From NCBI GenBank assembly GCA_029261875.1, contig JAJDAL010000004.1, positions 21,656-85,655 of the forward strand: a stretch of DNA of 64,000 bases. Direction: 5' to 3'. The stretch is from Deltaproteobacteria bacterium (lineage in GTDB: Bacteria; Myxococcota_A; UBA9160; JAJDAL01). Under the pieces are notes generated by a model. That model was not told the DNA's origin. It searched no databases and saw only the letters and a program-made list of their open reading frames with translations. The translations under genes and the position numbers were made by a program. Shown piece by piece: positions 17,077 through 25,531 of this stretch. The first letter of the stretch is position 1. Every line of letters begins with the position of its first letter.

Positions 17077-17561
17077 GCGAGAAGAGTTCGCCGCGTCATC
17101 GCGCGCGCGAAGTGGCGCTTCAAGTCCTCTACGCGATCGACCTCGGGGAGCGGCGCGATTCGATCGCGGAAAAGCGGGATGCGGTCGCGTCCGACTCGGA
17201 GGATCGACCGAAGAGCAGCCCCGAGGATGCGTTCGAAACCGCCGCCGCTCACTTCGAGTTGCCCGAGGGTGCGCGGCCGTTCGCCAAAGAATTGGTGGCG
17301 GGAGTCCGTCAACACCGGGAAGAACTCGACCGCGAACTCAGCGTCCACGCCGTGAATTGGCGCATCGAGCGCATGGCTGCCGTCGACCGGAATATCCTGC
17401 GGCTGTCCATTTACGAACTCACCCGTACGCAAACGCCCCCGGCCGTCGTGATCGATCAGGCGATCGAATTGGCGCGGCGTTTCGCGGACGATCGTTCGCC
17501 GGGCTTCGTCAACGGCGTACTCGACGCCGTCGCCCGGGCGCGGACCGGGGATGCGTCGTGA
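17073..17561 (+). CDS. nusB: transcription antitermination factor NusB
   Basis: Track ORF, 162 aa: RHRAREVALQVLYAIDL...NWRIERMAAVDRNILRLSIYEL...DQAIELARRFADDRSPGFVNGVLDAV. Confidence 0.9.
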   Translation: MSEKSSPRHRAREVALQVLYAIDLGERRDSIAEKRDAVASDSEDRPKSSPEDAFETAAAHFELPEGARPFAKELVAGVRQHREELDRELSVHAVNWRIERMAAVDRNILRLSIYELTRTQTPPAVVIDQAIELARRFADDRSPGFVNGVLDAVARARTGDAS

Positions 17562-18169
17562 GTTCGGGCGTCGAAGTCGTGCTCAGCAACGAGCCCTTGG
17601 AGCGCACACCGGGAGCGGTGGCGCTGGTGCCGGTTTTCGACAAGGAACGTCCCTTGCGCGGTGCCGCTTCGCGAGTGGATTGGCGGCTCTGCGGCGCGCT
17701 GTCGCGCTGGATCGCAAGCGGCGAGATCGACGTCGGGCGCGGCGCGTGCCTCCTGCTGCCGAGCTTCGGTCGCTTGCGCTGCCCCCAGGTGCTCGCGCTG
17801 GGAATCGGGCCCCGCACGAAACTTCGTCCGCGGGGTTTTGCGGAATTCGCCCAGGAGGGCGTGATGCGCGCCGCGGATCTCGGCGCGCGGCAGCTGGTGG
17901 TTTCTGCGGAGGAACCCGCGATCCCCGCGGTGGGTGTCGTGGCGGCGTTCTTGCGTGGGGCGGGCAAAGCCCTGGCCGCCGACCCGTCCAGCCTGCGGCT
18001 GATCTTCGCCGTTCGCGAAGCGGACAACGCCGCCGTGGCGCACGCCTGTGACGAGGTGGCGGGGGACTTGCGCAAGATCGGCGTGGGGCTCGAGTTTCGG
18101 GGCGTTCCGCGGCGCCGGGTCGAACCGACAGGGAAGTCCCCGGAGACTTCACAAAACATCACTGCGTAG
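17558..18169 (+). CDS. hypothetical protein, stand-alone peptidase-M17-N-terminal-like domain
   Basis: Last 203 aa of track ORF 16970..18169, from GTG 17558 (GTGA overlap with the nusB stop). AVALVPVFDKERPLRGAASRVDWRLCGALSRWIASGEIDVGRGACLLLPS...VLALGIGP parallels the N-terminal domain of leucyl aminopeptidase PepA as I recall it. No catalytic M17 domain follows. Confidence 0.55.
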   Translation: MSSGVEVVLSNEPLERTPGAVALVPVFDKERPLRGAASRVDWRLCGALSRWIASGEIDVGRGACLLLPSFGRLRCPQVLALGIGPRTKLRPRGFAEFAQEGVMRAADLGARQLVVSAEEPAIPAVGVVAAFLRGAGKALAADPSSLRLIFAVREADNAAVAHACDEVAGDLRKIGVGLEFRGVPRRRVEPTGKSPETSQNITA

Positions 18170-18308
18170 TTGTTGTGCGTTTCTCGCGCCAACTTCCCTT
18201 CACAGCGATGGTTCTCCGAATCCGGTCCGGTGCGAGCGTCCGAGCGCCGGTGATGCCATGGCTAACCGAGAGCGGATGATCATCCGATAGGCGCCGGGGG
18301 AGAGCCCG

Positions 18309-19181
18309 ATGCCCAGCTTGATTGCAGCCTGTCCGAATTGCAAAACGCGTTATCGCGTCGACGAACAACACATGACGGATGAAGCCATTCGTCTGCGGTG
18401 CAAGAGCTGTGAGTCGATTTTCCGCGTGTATGCGCCGAACTCACCGTTTCGCCCCTCGGCGGTAGCCGAAGCGCTCGAGCGCGGTTCTTCGTCGGGGGGT
18501 GGGGAAACGCCGCGGATCGTGATCGGCGATGCGGATCCCGAGGTCGCCAAGCAGGTGGGCGATGCCCTCGCGCGCTGGGGGATCGCTCCGATCCTCGTCC
18601 ACGACGGCGTCGAAGCGATTCTCACCATTCAGCGCGAATGGCCCCGAGCCGCGATTCTCGACGCCGGCCTTCCGAGCATGAGTGGCGCGCAGATCTGCGA
18701 ACTCATGAAGCGCAACGAGAGCCTGTCCGCGATCCCCATTGCTCTGGTGGGATCCGATCGGTCCCAAACCGATGTGACGGCGTCGGAATTCAGTGCAGAC
18801 ATCTCCCTCGATCGCCCCTCGTTGACGAAGGAACTCGGGCGATTGATTCGCGGCCTGGGTGTGGCTCTACCCGAGGGTGCACTCGATTCCGGCGTCGAGG
18901 GCCCCGCCTCGGAACCGCCGGCGTCCGAGGACCCGGCACTCGACGAGGCGCGCGGGAAGGCTGCGCGTTTGGCGCGCGTGGTGGTGTCGGATCTCGTGCT
19001 CTACAACGAACCCAAGTTCAAAGCGGCGGTGATCGCCGGAAACGTCTTGGACGCCATGGGGGACGAACTCGCCACCGCCAAGGCGCATTTCCAATCCCGC
19101 GTCGATCCGCGTGTGGACTCCGAGCGGGACTACCTCCGGGAAGAGCTGCTGCGCCAGGCGGAGAAGGGCAAGGCTTCTTAG
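18309..19181 (+). CDS. MJ0042-type zinc-ribbon / response-regulator receiver domain protein
   Basis: Track ORF, 290 aa. N-terminal CPNCKTRYRV...RCKSCESIFRV. Receiver-like core RIVIGDADPEVAK...AAILDAGLPSMSGAQICELMK...IPIALVGS. C-terminal helical segment ARLARVVVSDLVLYNEPKF. Confidence 0.7.
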   Translation: MPSLIAACPNCKTRYRVDEQHMTDEAIRLRCKSCESIFRVYAPNSPFRPSAVAEALERGSSSGGGETPRIVIGDADPEVAKQVGDALARWGIAPILVHDGVEAILTIQREWPRAAILDAGLPSMSGAQICELMKRNESLSAIPIALVGSDRSQTDVTASEFSADISLDRPSLTKELGRLIRGLGVALPEGALDSGVEGPASEPPASEDPALDEARGKAARLARVVVSDLVLYNEPKFKAAVIAGNVLDAMGDELATAKAHFQSRVDPRVDSERDYLREELLRQAEKGKAS

Positions 19182-19218
19182 CGGTCTACGGCGCCACCGT
19201 GGTATACCCAGCGGTGGC

Positions 19219-19803
19219 ATGAATCGTACCGGTTTCTATTCCCTTCGAGGCCTGCGCGGGGTCTCGCGCGTCCGGCTGGCGCCGCTCGTGTGGCTGGTGG
19301 CCGCCCTGGGTCTCGGCCCAGCGGGATGCGGGTATCAGTGGGTTCGCACGGGCGATCTCGAGGGGATCGATAGCATCGCGGTCTCCATGTTGCGCAACGA
19401 TACCAATGAGCCCGGGGTCGAAGTCGTCGTCACCGACGCCATCCGCAGCGAATTCCTGCGCCGCGGCGCCGTTCGCCTGGTCGAAGATCCCGAGGCCGCC
19501 GACATGGTGATCTCCGGGCGCGTGCTCCCCATGCGCGTCAGCGGTCGCAGTTTTTCGTCCGTTGTCCTCGCCCTCGAATACGAGATCACGCTCGAACTCG
19601 AACTGGATATCGCGGCGCGTGACCCCGACGCCCTCGAGCCGGGCTACGAAATCGATCGCGCCTCGGTGATCGAATCCGAAATCTATCTCGCAAGCGCGGA
19701 TCGCGAGGCCCAGCGCAAGAATCAACAAGAGGCGGTGCGCAAGCTCGCTTCGACCCTGGCCGTGCGCGTGCACGAAACGCTGTACGAACAATTTCGGCCA
19801 TGA
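19219..19803 (+). CDS. lptE: LPS-assembly lipoprotein LptE-like
   Basis: Last 194 aa of track ORF 19111..19803, from ATG 19219. Lipoprotein-type signal ending LGLGPAGCGY. Size and position immediately upstream of holA match the conserved lptE-holA pair. Sequence similarity itself is weak, so the call is context-driven. Confidence 0.65.
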   Translation: MNRTGFYSLRGLRGVSRVRLAPLVWLVAALGLGPAGCGYQWVRTGDLEGIDSIAVSMLRNDTNEPGVEVVVTDAIRSEFLRRGAVRLVEDPEAADMVISGRVLPMRVSGRSFSSVVLALEYEITLELELDIAARDPDALEPGYEIDRASVIESEIYLASADREAQRKNQQEAVRKLASTLAVRVHETLYEQFRP

Positions 19804-20777
19804 CGTACGAAGAGCTTCTCGAGGAGCTCGCCGCTGCGCGGTTTCGTCCCGCCTATCTGCTACTCGGTTCCGAGCTACTGCTTCGACAAGATTCCCTGCA
19901 AGCCCTGCGCGACGCCGTACTCGCGGACGGCCCTGCGGACTTCAACTCCGACCGGCTCGAGGGACCGGGGACGGCGCCCTCGACCTTGGCCGACGCGCTG
20001 GGCTCGCTGCCCGTCATGGGGCCGCGCCGACTCGTCGAATTGCGAGAACCCGGCAGCGCGCGCGGGACGAAGCTCACCCAGGCGCTGGCGGAGCAGGTCG
20101 AGGCGCACCGCGCGGCGAAGGACGCGCCGGTCGTACTCGTCGTCACGGCCGCCAAAGCCAATCGCCGCGAAGGCTGGGTCAAAGCCTTTTCGGGGGAAGC
20201 TGCCGTGGTGGAGTGCGATTCGCCCAAGAACCCGCGTGCCGCGCTGCCCTTCGTGCGCGCCGAAGCGAAGCGGCAGGGACTGCAGTTCGAGAAGGGGGTC
20301 GCGGAGCTGCTGGTCGAACGCGTGGGGCCCCAGCTGCTGATGCTTCGCCAGGAGATCGCGAAAGTCGGGTTGCTCGCGGGGCCCGAAGCGAGGGTGACGC
20401 GAGCGCACGCGGAAGCTTCGGCGTCGGATGTGGCCGAGGAGCCGATCTGGGATCTCACGGACGCCATCGGCGAGGGACGCACGGGAGATGCCCTGACGCT
20501 GCTCTCGCGGATGTTGAAGAACGGCGCGCCGGAACCCGTGGTCCTGGGGGCCCTGGCCGGGCACTTCCGCCGCTTGGTGAGTGTGCGATCCGGCGCCGCA
20601 CCCTCGGGACCGCCCTTCGTGGTCCGGAAATTGGAACGTCAGGCCGGGCGTTTCTCACCGGGGCGCCTGTTGACGTGTCTCAAGGCCATCCAGGACGCCG
20701 ACGTGGCGCTCAAGGGCCAAGGCGTACTCTCGCCGGCGCTCTCCATCGAACGATTGGTGTTGGGGCTGGCGAGTTAG
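19800..20777 (+). CDS. holA: DNA polymerase III subunit delta
   Basis: Track ORF, 325 aa; ATG overlaps the lptE stop (ATGA). PAYLLLGSELLLRQDSLQALRDAV... and overall length fit HolA. Confidence 0.8.
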   Translation: MTYEELLEELAAARFRPAYLLLGSELLLRQDSLQALRDAVLADGPADFNSDRLEGPGTAPSTLADALGSLPVMGPRRLVELREPGSARGTKLTQALAEQVEAHRAAKDAPVVLVVTAAKANRREGWVKAFSGEAAVVECDSPKNPRAALPFVRAEAKRQGLQFEKGVAELLVERVGPQLLMLRQEIAKVGLLAGPEARVTRAHAEASASDVAEEPIWDLTDAIGEGRTGDALTLLSRMLKNGAPEPVVLGALAGHFRRLVSVRSGAAPSGPPFVVRKLERQAGRFSPGRLLTCLKAIQDADVALKGQGVLSPALSIERLVLGLAS

Positions 20778-20827
20778 CGCGCTGGGCTCGCTCGCGTTGG
20801 CGAGCCGGGCTCGCGGGACGGCGATCG

Positions 20828-21091
20828 CTACTTGGCTTGGGCGAGTGCGTGGGCCAGGCGCGAGACGCTGCGGCTCGCTCGCTTGGCGGGAATCACGCCT
20901 TTGGTGGCGGCCTTGCGCAAGCGGCGTTCGGCTTCCCGGAGCTTCTCCGTGGCGCCCTCTTTGTCGCCGGATTCGAGGGCCACGCGAAATGCCTTCACGC
21001 TGGATCGGGTCCGCGATCGCTCGGAGCGATTCCGTGCCTGGCGCTTCAGGGACTGCCGGGCTCGCTTCTTCGCCGATTTATGGTTTGCCAT
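20828..21091 (-). CDS. rpsT: 30S ribosomal protein S20
   Basis: Track ORF 20828..21184, trimmed to ATG 21091: MANHKSAKKRARQSLKRQARNRSERSRTRSSVK. GGAGG 9 nt upstream. Confidence 0.93.
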   Translation of the reverse strand: MANHKSAKKRARQSLKRQARNRSERSRTRSSVKAFRVALESGDKEGATEKLREAERRLRKAATKGVIPAKRASRSVSRLAHALAQAK

Positions 21092-21187
21092 CGATACGGA
21101 CCTCCGGGAGCGGCGGAGAATAGGGTCCCGGGCCCTCTGCCGCCAACCCCCCAAGCCCTGGGCTCGGACGGTCGATAGGGACAAGCG

Positions 21188-22969
21188 ATGGGAAAGGGTT
21201 ACAAGCGCGTCGCAATCTTACTCGGGGTAGCCTCAATTGCCCTGATTGGGGTCTGGAGTGCCGCGGCGGCGCCGGACACCGACGAGCCCCTGGCGCGCTG
21301 GGTTGCCCGGGCCGCCGGGCGCGGCGGCGCCTACGTATCCCAGGATGCGCCCGCCGCTGCCCGGGCGATTCTCGCGCAAGCTCCTCCCCAGGAGGATCGT
21401 CGGCGCTGGGCCCAAGCCGCCGTACGCCTGGCGCCAGATCTCCCTCTGGCCCACATGGAGGTCGCCGACGCGGATTGGAGAATCGAGGGGGATTACCCCC
21501 GTGCAATCCGCAGCTGGTTCTCTGCCCTGCTGGCGATCGAGCGCCACGTGGCCGCATCGCTCTGGCTCCGCACGACGCTCTGGCTGGCCTTGGCTGCCAT
21601 TGCGATCGGGGCGGGACTCTTCTTCATCGGCGGCGCGGCCCTGGCTTCCCTGTCGAGCGCCGCACACGACCTCGGTGATTCGATATCGCGCGAACTATCC
21701 ACCCATGCGCGCTGGGCACTGCTCGGAAGTCTGCTGCTCGTGCCCTTCGTGTTGGGCGAGGGGTGGGTCGGATTCGGTCTGCTCATGTTCGCTCTGGCGT
21801 ACGCGTATGGGACTTGGAGAATGCGGGCCGCCGTCATGCTGGCCGCGGCCGCGGTGTGGGCCGGGCTGTATCCGGTTGGGGAGCGCGTGGGCGCGACCTT
21901 GGCCGCCCTTCAAACCGATTCCGTAGCGCGTTCGGTCCATGCGGCGAGCGACGGCGTGTTGCTGCCCGTCGAACGCGCTCGCCTGGAAGCCGCTCCGCCC
22001 GGCGATTGGCTGGCTGCCACCGCCCTCGCCATGGCGGCTCGGCGCAGCGGCGACTTGCGGGAGGCCAACACGCGCTTTGCGGCCTTGCTCGAGGTCGCTG
22101 ACGTGGATCCGAGTGTCGAGAACAACGCCGCCAACGTACGCTTTCAACTGGGCGACATCGACGGCGCCATCGAATTGTACGAACAGGCCTCCGCCAATCG
22201 AGCTTCGGTCGACACGCTCTTCAATCTCGCCCAGGCCTATGGAGAAGGCATCCGCTTGGACGAGCAGGACCGGGTGCTGGGTCTGGCCCAAACGATCGAC
22301 GCCGAGCGCGTGCGGGAATTGACGCGCCGGCTCGATACCGAAGAAGGCCGCGTGTTGGTCGACATCCCGCTCCCGGCCGAGCATCTGCGAAGCCGATTGT
22401 TGGCGTCGGATCGGGGCCCCGAGGTGGCCGCGGTGTTGCGCCAGAGAATTGCCCCGGGTTGGCTCGGCGGCGACGCGGAAGTCGCCGGTGGAGCGCTGCT
22501 CGCGTTTGCGGTGGGGGGCCTGTTCTTCGCACAGCGCTTCCGTTTGACGCGTCGCTGTGCGCGCTGCACGGTCCGGATGTGCCCGCGTTGCCATCCGCGT
22601 CTGCGCGCAAGTCGTTTGTGCGAAGTGTGTGCGCCGCGGGTTCAGCGCGGTGGCGCCACGCGGGGCGTGGCCGGTGTACGGCAACTCCAGCGGCTGCGTT
22701 GGACGGCACGCGTGCGGACCTTCGTGGCGGTCTTCGTACCCGGTGCTGGTGCGATTCTGGGCGGCCGACCGCTGGAAGCGCTGATTGCCACTTTCGCCTT
22801 CGCGATCGCCCTGGCCTCCCTGTTGAGCATGCCGGGGATCGTGCCGGATCCCTTGGCGGTGGGAGCCTCCGCGCCGTTGGCATTCCTCGCAATCGGACTG
22901 CTTGCCGCGTTCCTCTACGCGATCCTCGCCCTGCGCAGTGTCGTTCATCTGCGAAGGGGATCGCGATGA
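21188..22969 (+). CDS. polytopic membrane protein with TPR-like repeats and a triple-CxxC cluster
   Basis: Track ORF, 593 aa, with hydrophobic N-terminus and several TM segments. TPR-like ANVRFQLGDIDGAIELYEQA / LFNLAQAYGEG. Cys cluster CARCTVRMCPRCHPRLRASRLCEVC at nt 22556-22630, with more TM segments after it. Confidence 0.6.
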   Translation: MGKGYKRVAILLGVASIALIGVWSAAAAPDTDEPLARWVARAAGRGGAYVSQDAPAAARAILAQAPPQEDRRRWAQAAVRLAPDLPLAHMEVADADWRIEGDYPRAIRSWFSALLAIERHVAASLWLRTTLWLALAAIAIGAGLFFIGGAALASLSSAAHDLGDSISRELSTHARWALLGSLLLVPFVLGEGWVGFGLLMFALAYAYGTWRMRAAVMLAAAAVWAGLYPVGERVGATLAALQTDSVARSVHAASDGVLLPVERARLEAAPPGDWLAATALAMAARRSGDLREANTRFAALLEVADVDPSVENNAANVRFQLGDIDGAIELYEQASANRASVDTLFNLAQAYGEGIRLDEQDRVLGLAQTIDAERVRELTRRLDTEEGRVLVDIPLPAEHLRSRLLASDRGPEVAAVLRQRIAPGWLGGDAEVAGGALLAFAVGGLFFAQRFRLTRRCARCTVRMCPRCHPRLRASRLCEVCAPRVQRGGATRGVAGVRQLQRLRWTARVRTFVAVFVPGAGAILGGRPLEALIATFAFAIALASLLSMPGIVPDPLAVGASAPLAFLAIGLLAAFLYAILALRSVVHLRRGSR

Positions 22970-24081
22970 GCTCCGCCCTTCGCGGCAGCATCGAGCACTT
23001 CGGTATCGCCGACGTCTTCCAGTTTCTCGCGCAACAGCGCACCACGGGGACCCTCGAAGTCGATGCGCCCTCCGGTCCGATCCACGTTCGCTTCAGCGAG
23101 GGCTCGATCGTCGATGCGGCTCCGGGAGGGCGCGCCCAAAGTGAAGCGGGGAGGCTGCTGGTGGCGTGGGAGCTGTTGCCCGCGGATCAGCTCGAAGCTC
23201 TCGAGCGCACGGAAGAAACGTCGAACAAAGAGCTGCGCGAACTGATCCTCGAAGCCCAGAAAGTGAGCGCCGAGGAGCTGCGCGAGGCGGAAGACTTTTG
23301 CACCCAGGAGACCCTGTTCGCCCTGTTGCGCTGCGACCGCGGTTCGTTTCAGTTCAACCCGCAGCCGGTCCCACACGATCGCAACACCGCAACCCTGCTC
23401 GGTGTCGAGCACATCCTGATGGATGGCTTGCGCATGGTGGACGAGTGGTCGCGGTTCGAAGCACAGGTGCCGTCCGCCCAGGCCGTGTTCGAGCGCGTCG
23501 CTCCCCTCGACGGCTACCAGAAATCCGTGGGCGGCCCCAAGGATCCCCGCTTCGCTCAGGCCGAACGCATCTTCGATCTCGTCGATGGGGAGACACAAGT
23601 GGCGCGCCTGGTGGAGCGCTCCCGTCTCGGAACCTTCGACGCCACGCGCCTGCTGGCGGAATTGCGAATCGCGGGTGTGATCGACGTCGTCGAGAAGGAA
23701 CGCCGGGAGAAACCCGAAAAACTCGCCGTGGCGACGGTCGATGCCGTCCGGCCTTTTCGTTGGATGCTCGGGGTCGCGCCGGCGTTCGGGTTGCTTCTGA
23801 TGATCGCCGCGACCTATCCCCAGCAAGGCCCGGGAGAGCGCGCAGCGGTGTACAGCATCGAAACCACGCCTCTCGACCAGGCCCGCTTGTCCTTCGGCAC
23901 CCTGCGCCTGCGCAAAGCCGTCGAAGCCTTTCGCTTCGGCGAGGGGCGCTGGCCGGAGCGGTTGGACGAGCTGGTGGGGGCAGGCCTGGTGGAATCGGAC
24001 GCGTTGACGGCTTCGGACGGTCGTCCCTACTATTACTCGCGCCGCGGCGACGACATCGTCCTGCTGGCACCGGAGCAATAG
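22966..24081 (+). CDS. DUF4388 (PATAN-like) domain protein with TM helix and periplasmic tail
   Basis: Last 371 aa of track ORF 22459..24081, from ATG 22966 (ATGA overlap). GSIEHFGIADVFQFLAQQRTTGTLEV...VRFSEGSIVDA...CDRGSFQFNP is the DUF4388 pattern. TM helix WMLGVAPAFGLLLMIAATY. Confidence 0.7.
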   Translation: MSSALRGSIEHFGIADVFQFLAQQRTTGTLEVDAPSGPIHVRFSEGSIVDAAPGGRAQSEAGRLLVAWELLPADQLEALERTEETSNKELRELILEAQKVSAEELREAEDFCTQETLFALLRCDRGSFQFNPQPVPHDRNTATLLGVEHILMDGLRMVDEWSRFEAQVPSAQAVFERVAPLDGYQKSVGGPKDPRFAQAERIFDLVDGETQVARLVERSRLGTFDATRLLAELRIAGVIDVVEKERREKPEKLAVATVDAVRPFRWMLGVAPAFGLLLMIAATYPQQGPGERAAVYSIETTPLDQARLSFGTLRLRKAVEAFRFGEGRWPERLDELVGAGLVESDALTASDGRPYYYSRRGDDIVLLAPEQ

Positions 24082-24083
24082 GT

Positions 24084-25094
24084 CTGGCCCAGAATTCACC
24101 GCAATCGCGCCAAACACTCGTATTCGACGACAACCTGACGGCATCCGAGCTCTATGGCGAAGGGGATCGCACTCTTCGCATCCTCGAGCAAGAACTCGGT
24201 ATCGATGCGCGGGCGCGCGGCAACGAGGTTCGACTGGTGGGCGACACCGCGGAAGTGTCGCTGGCGCGGAAGATCCTCGAAGAGCTGTACGCCCAGGTGC
24301 GCGACGGCAGTCGGATCCGCGCGCGGGATGTGCGCGAAGCGGTGCGCGTCGTTACCCAGCACCCCGAGACGGAACTCGGCGAAGTGTACGAAGACATTCT
24401 CGCCTCCGTGCGATCGCGTCGACGCATCCAATGCAAGAACTTGTCTCAGCGGCGCTATGTGGAACTGATGCGCAGCCGCGATCTCGTGTTCAGCATCGGT
24501 CCTGCGGGTACCGGGAAGACCTATCTCGCCATGGCCATGGCGATCGCCGCCCTCAATCGCCACGAAGTGTCGCGCGTCATCCTGACGCGGCCGGCGGTCG
24601 AGGCGGGGGAAAAGCTCGGTTTCCTGCCCGGCTCCATGGCGGAAAAGGTCAATCCGTATCTGCGCCCGCTCTACGATGCGCTCCACGACATGATGGATAT
24701 GGACAAGGCCGCGCGTCTCGTCGATCGCGGGGTGATCGAAGTCGCGCCCCTGGCCTTCATGCGCGGGCGCACCTTGAACGATTCATTCGTGATTCTGGAC
24801 GAGGCGCAGAACACGACGTCCGAACAGATGAAAATGTTTCTGACGCGCCTGGGATACGACTCCAAGGCGGTTGTGACCGGCGATGTCACGCAGATCGATC
24901 TTCCGCGTGACAAGAAGAGTGGTTTGATCGAGGCCACCGGCGTACTGGAAGACGTCGACGACATCGGGTTCATGGAATTCAGCCAGACCGACGTTGTGCG
25001 ACATCCCCTGGTGCAAGCCATCGTGATCGCCTACGAGCGCTTTACCCAGGCGCGCGATGAGACCCCCCCCGCCGCGAACCCCAAAGACGAATGA
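24084..25094 (+). CDS. phoH: PhoH-family ATPase (YbeZ-like)
   Basis: C-terminal part of track ORF 23166..25094. FDDNLTASELYGEGDRTLRILEQELG..., Walker A GPAGTGKTYLAMA, LTRPAVEAGEKLGFLPG, ILDEAQNTT. The start is non-canonical: in-frame CTG 24084 lies 8 nt after GGAG (24072-24075). See findings. Confidence 0.85.
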   Translation: MAQNSPQSRQTLVFDDNLTASELYGEGDRTLRILEQELGIDARARGNEVRLVGDTAEVSLARKILEELYAQVRDGSRIRARDVREAVRVVTQHPETELGEVYEDILASVRSRRRIQCKNLSQRRYVELMRSRDLVFSIGPAGTGKTYLAMAMAIAALNRHEVSRVILTRPAVEAGEKLGFLPGSMAEKVNPYLRPLYDALHDMMDMDKAARLVDRGVIEVAPLAFMRGRTLNDSFVILDEAQNTTSEQMKMFLTRLGYDSKAVVTGDVTQIDLPRDKKSGLIEATGVLEDVDDIGFMEFSQTDVVRHPLVQAIVIAYERFTQARDETPPAANPKDE

Positions 25095-25531
25095 TCGTCC
25101 GCTTTTCGGGGCCGCCTCAACGCGGCGCCGGACCCCGCTTCGACCGCGCATTGCTGCGACGGCGCGCACTTTGCATCCTGCGTGCACTGGACGGACCGGG
25201 GGAGCTCTCGGTACATCTCGCCAAGGACGACGAAATCGCCGCTTTGAATCGTGAATACCGGCGTCGCAAAGGACCCACGGATGTACTCTCGTTCCCCTTG
25301 CTCGAAGGCCCCCACGCGGATCACCGGGGAGAATGTCTCGGAGATGTGGTGATCGGACTCGAAGTCGCGGCTCGCCAGGCGCGTCGTGGGCGCCGCAGTT
25401 GGGACGATGAATTGGCGCGATTGTTGATCCACGGTGTACTTCACCTGCTGGGCCACGATCACATCCGCGCCGCGGACGCAAAGCGCATGCGCGCCGAGGA
25501 ACGGAGGCTGTGGCGAACCCTAACGCGTTGA
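25091..25531 (+). CDS. ybeY: rRNA maturation endoribonuclease YbeY
   Basis: Track ORF, 146 aa. Metal site HGVLHLLGHDH. ATGA overlap with the phoH stop. Confidence 0.92.
   Translation: MIVRFSGPPQRGAGPRFDRALLRRRALCILRALDGPGELSVHLAKDDEIAALNREYRRRKGPTDVLSFPLLEGPHADHRGECLGDVVIGLEVAARQARRGRRSWDDELARLLIHGVLHLLGHDHIRAADAKRMRAEERRLWRTLTR

Noticed and set aside
18261-18293. 10-codon mini-ORF (MANRERMIIR) upstream of the zinc-ribbon/receiver gene, considered as a leader peptide
   Set aside because: There is no Shine-Dalgarno sequence, no associated attenuator structure and no conservation evidence. It is likely to be chance.
20790-20805. Hairpin GCTCGC-GTTG-GCGAGC between the convergent holA and rpsT genes, considered as a bidirectional terminator
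   Set aside because: It has a 6-bp stem and no flanking T/A tracts. It is plausible but unsupported.
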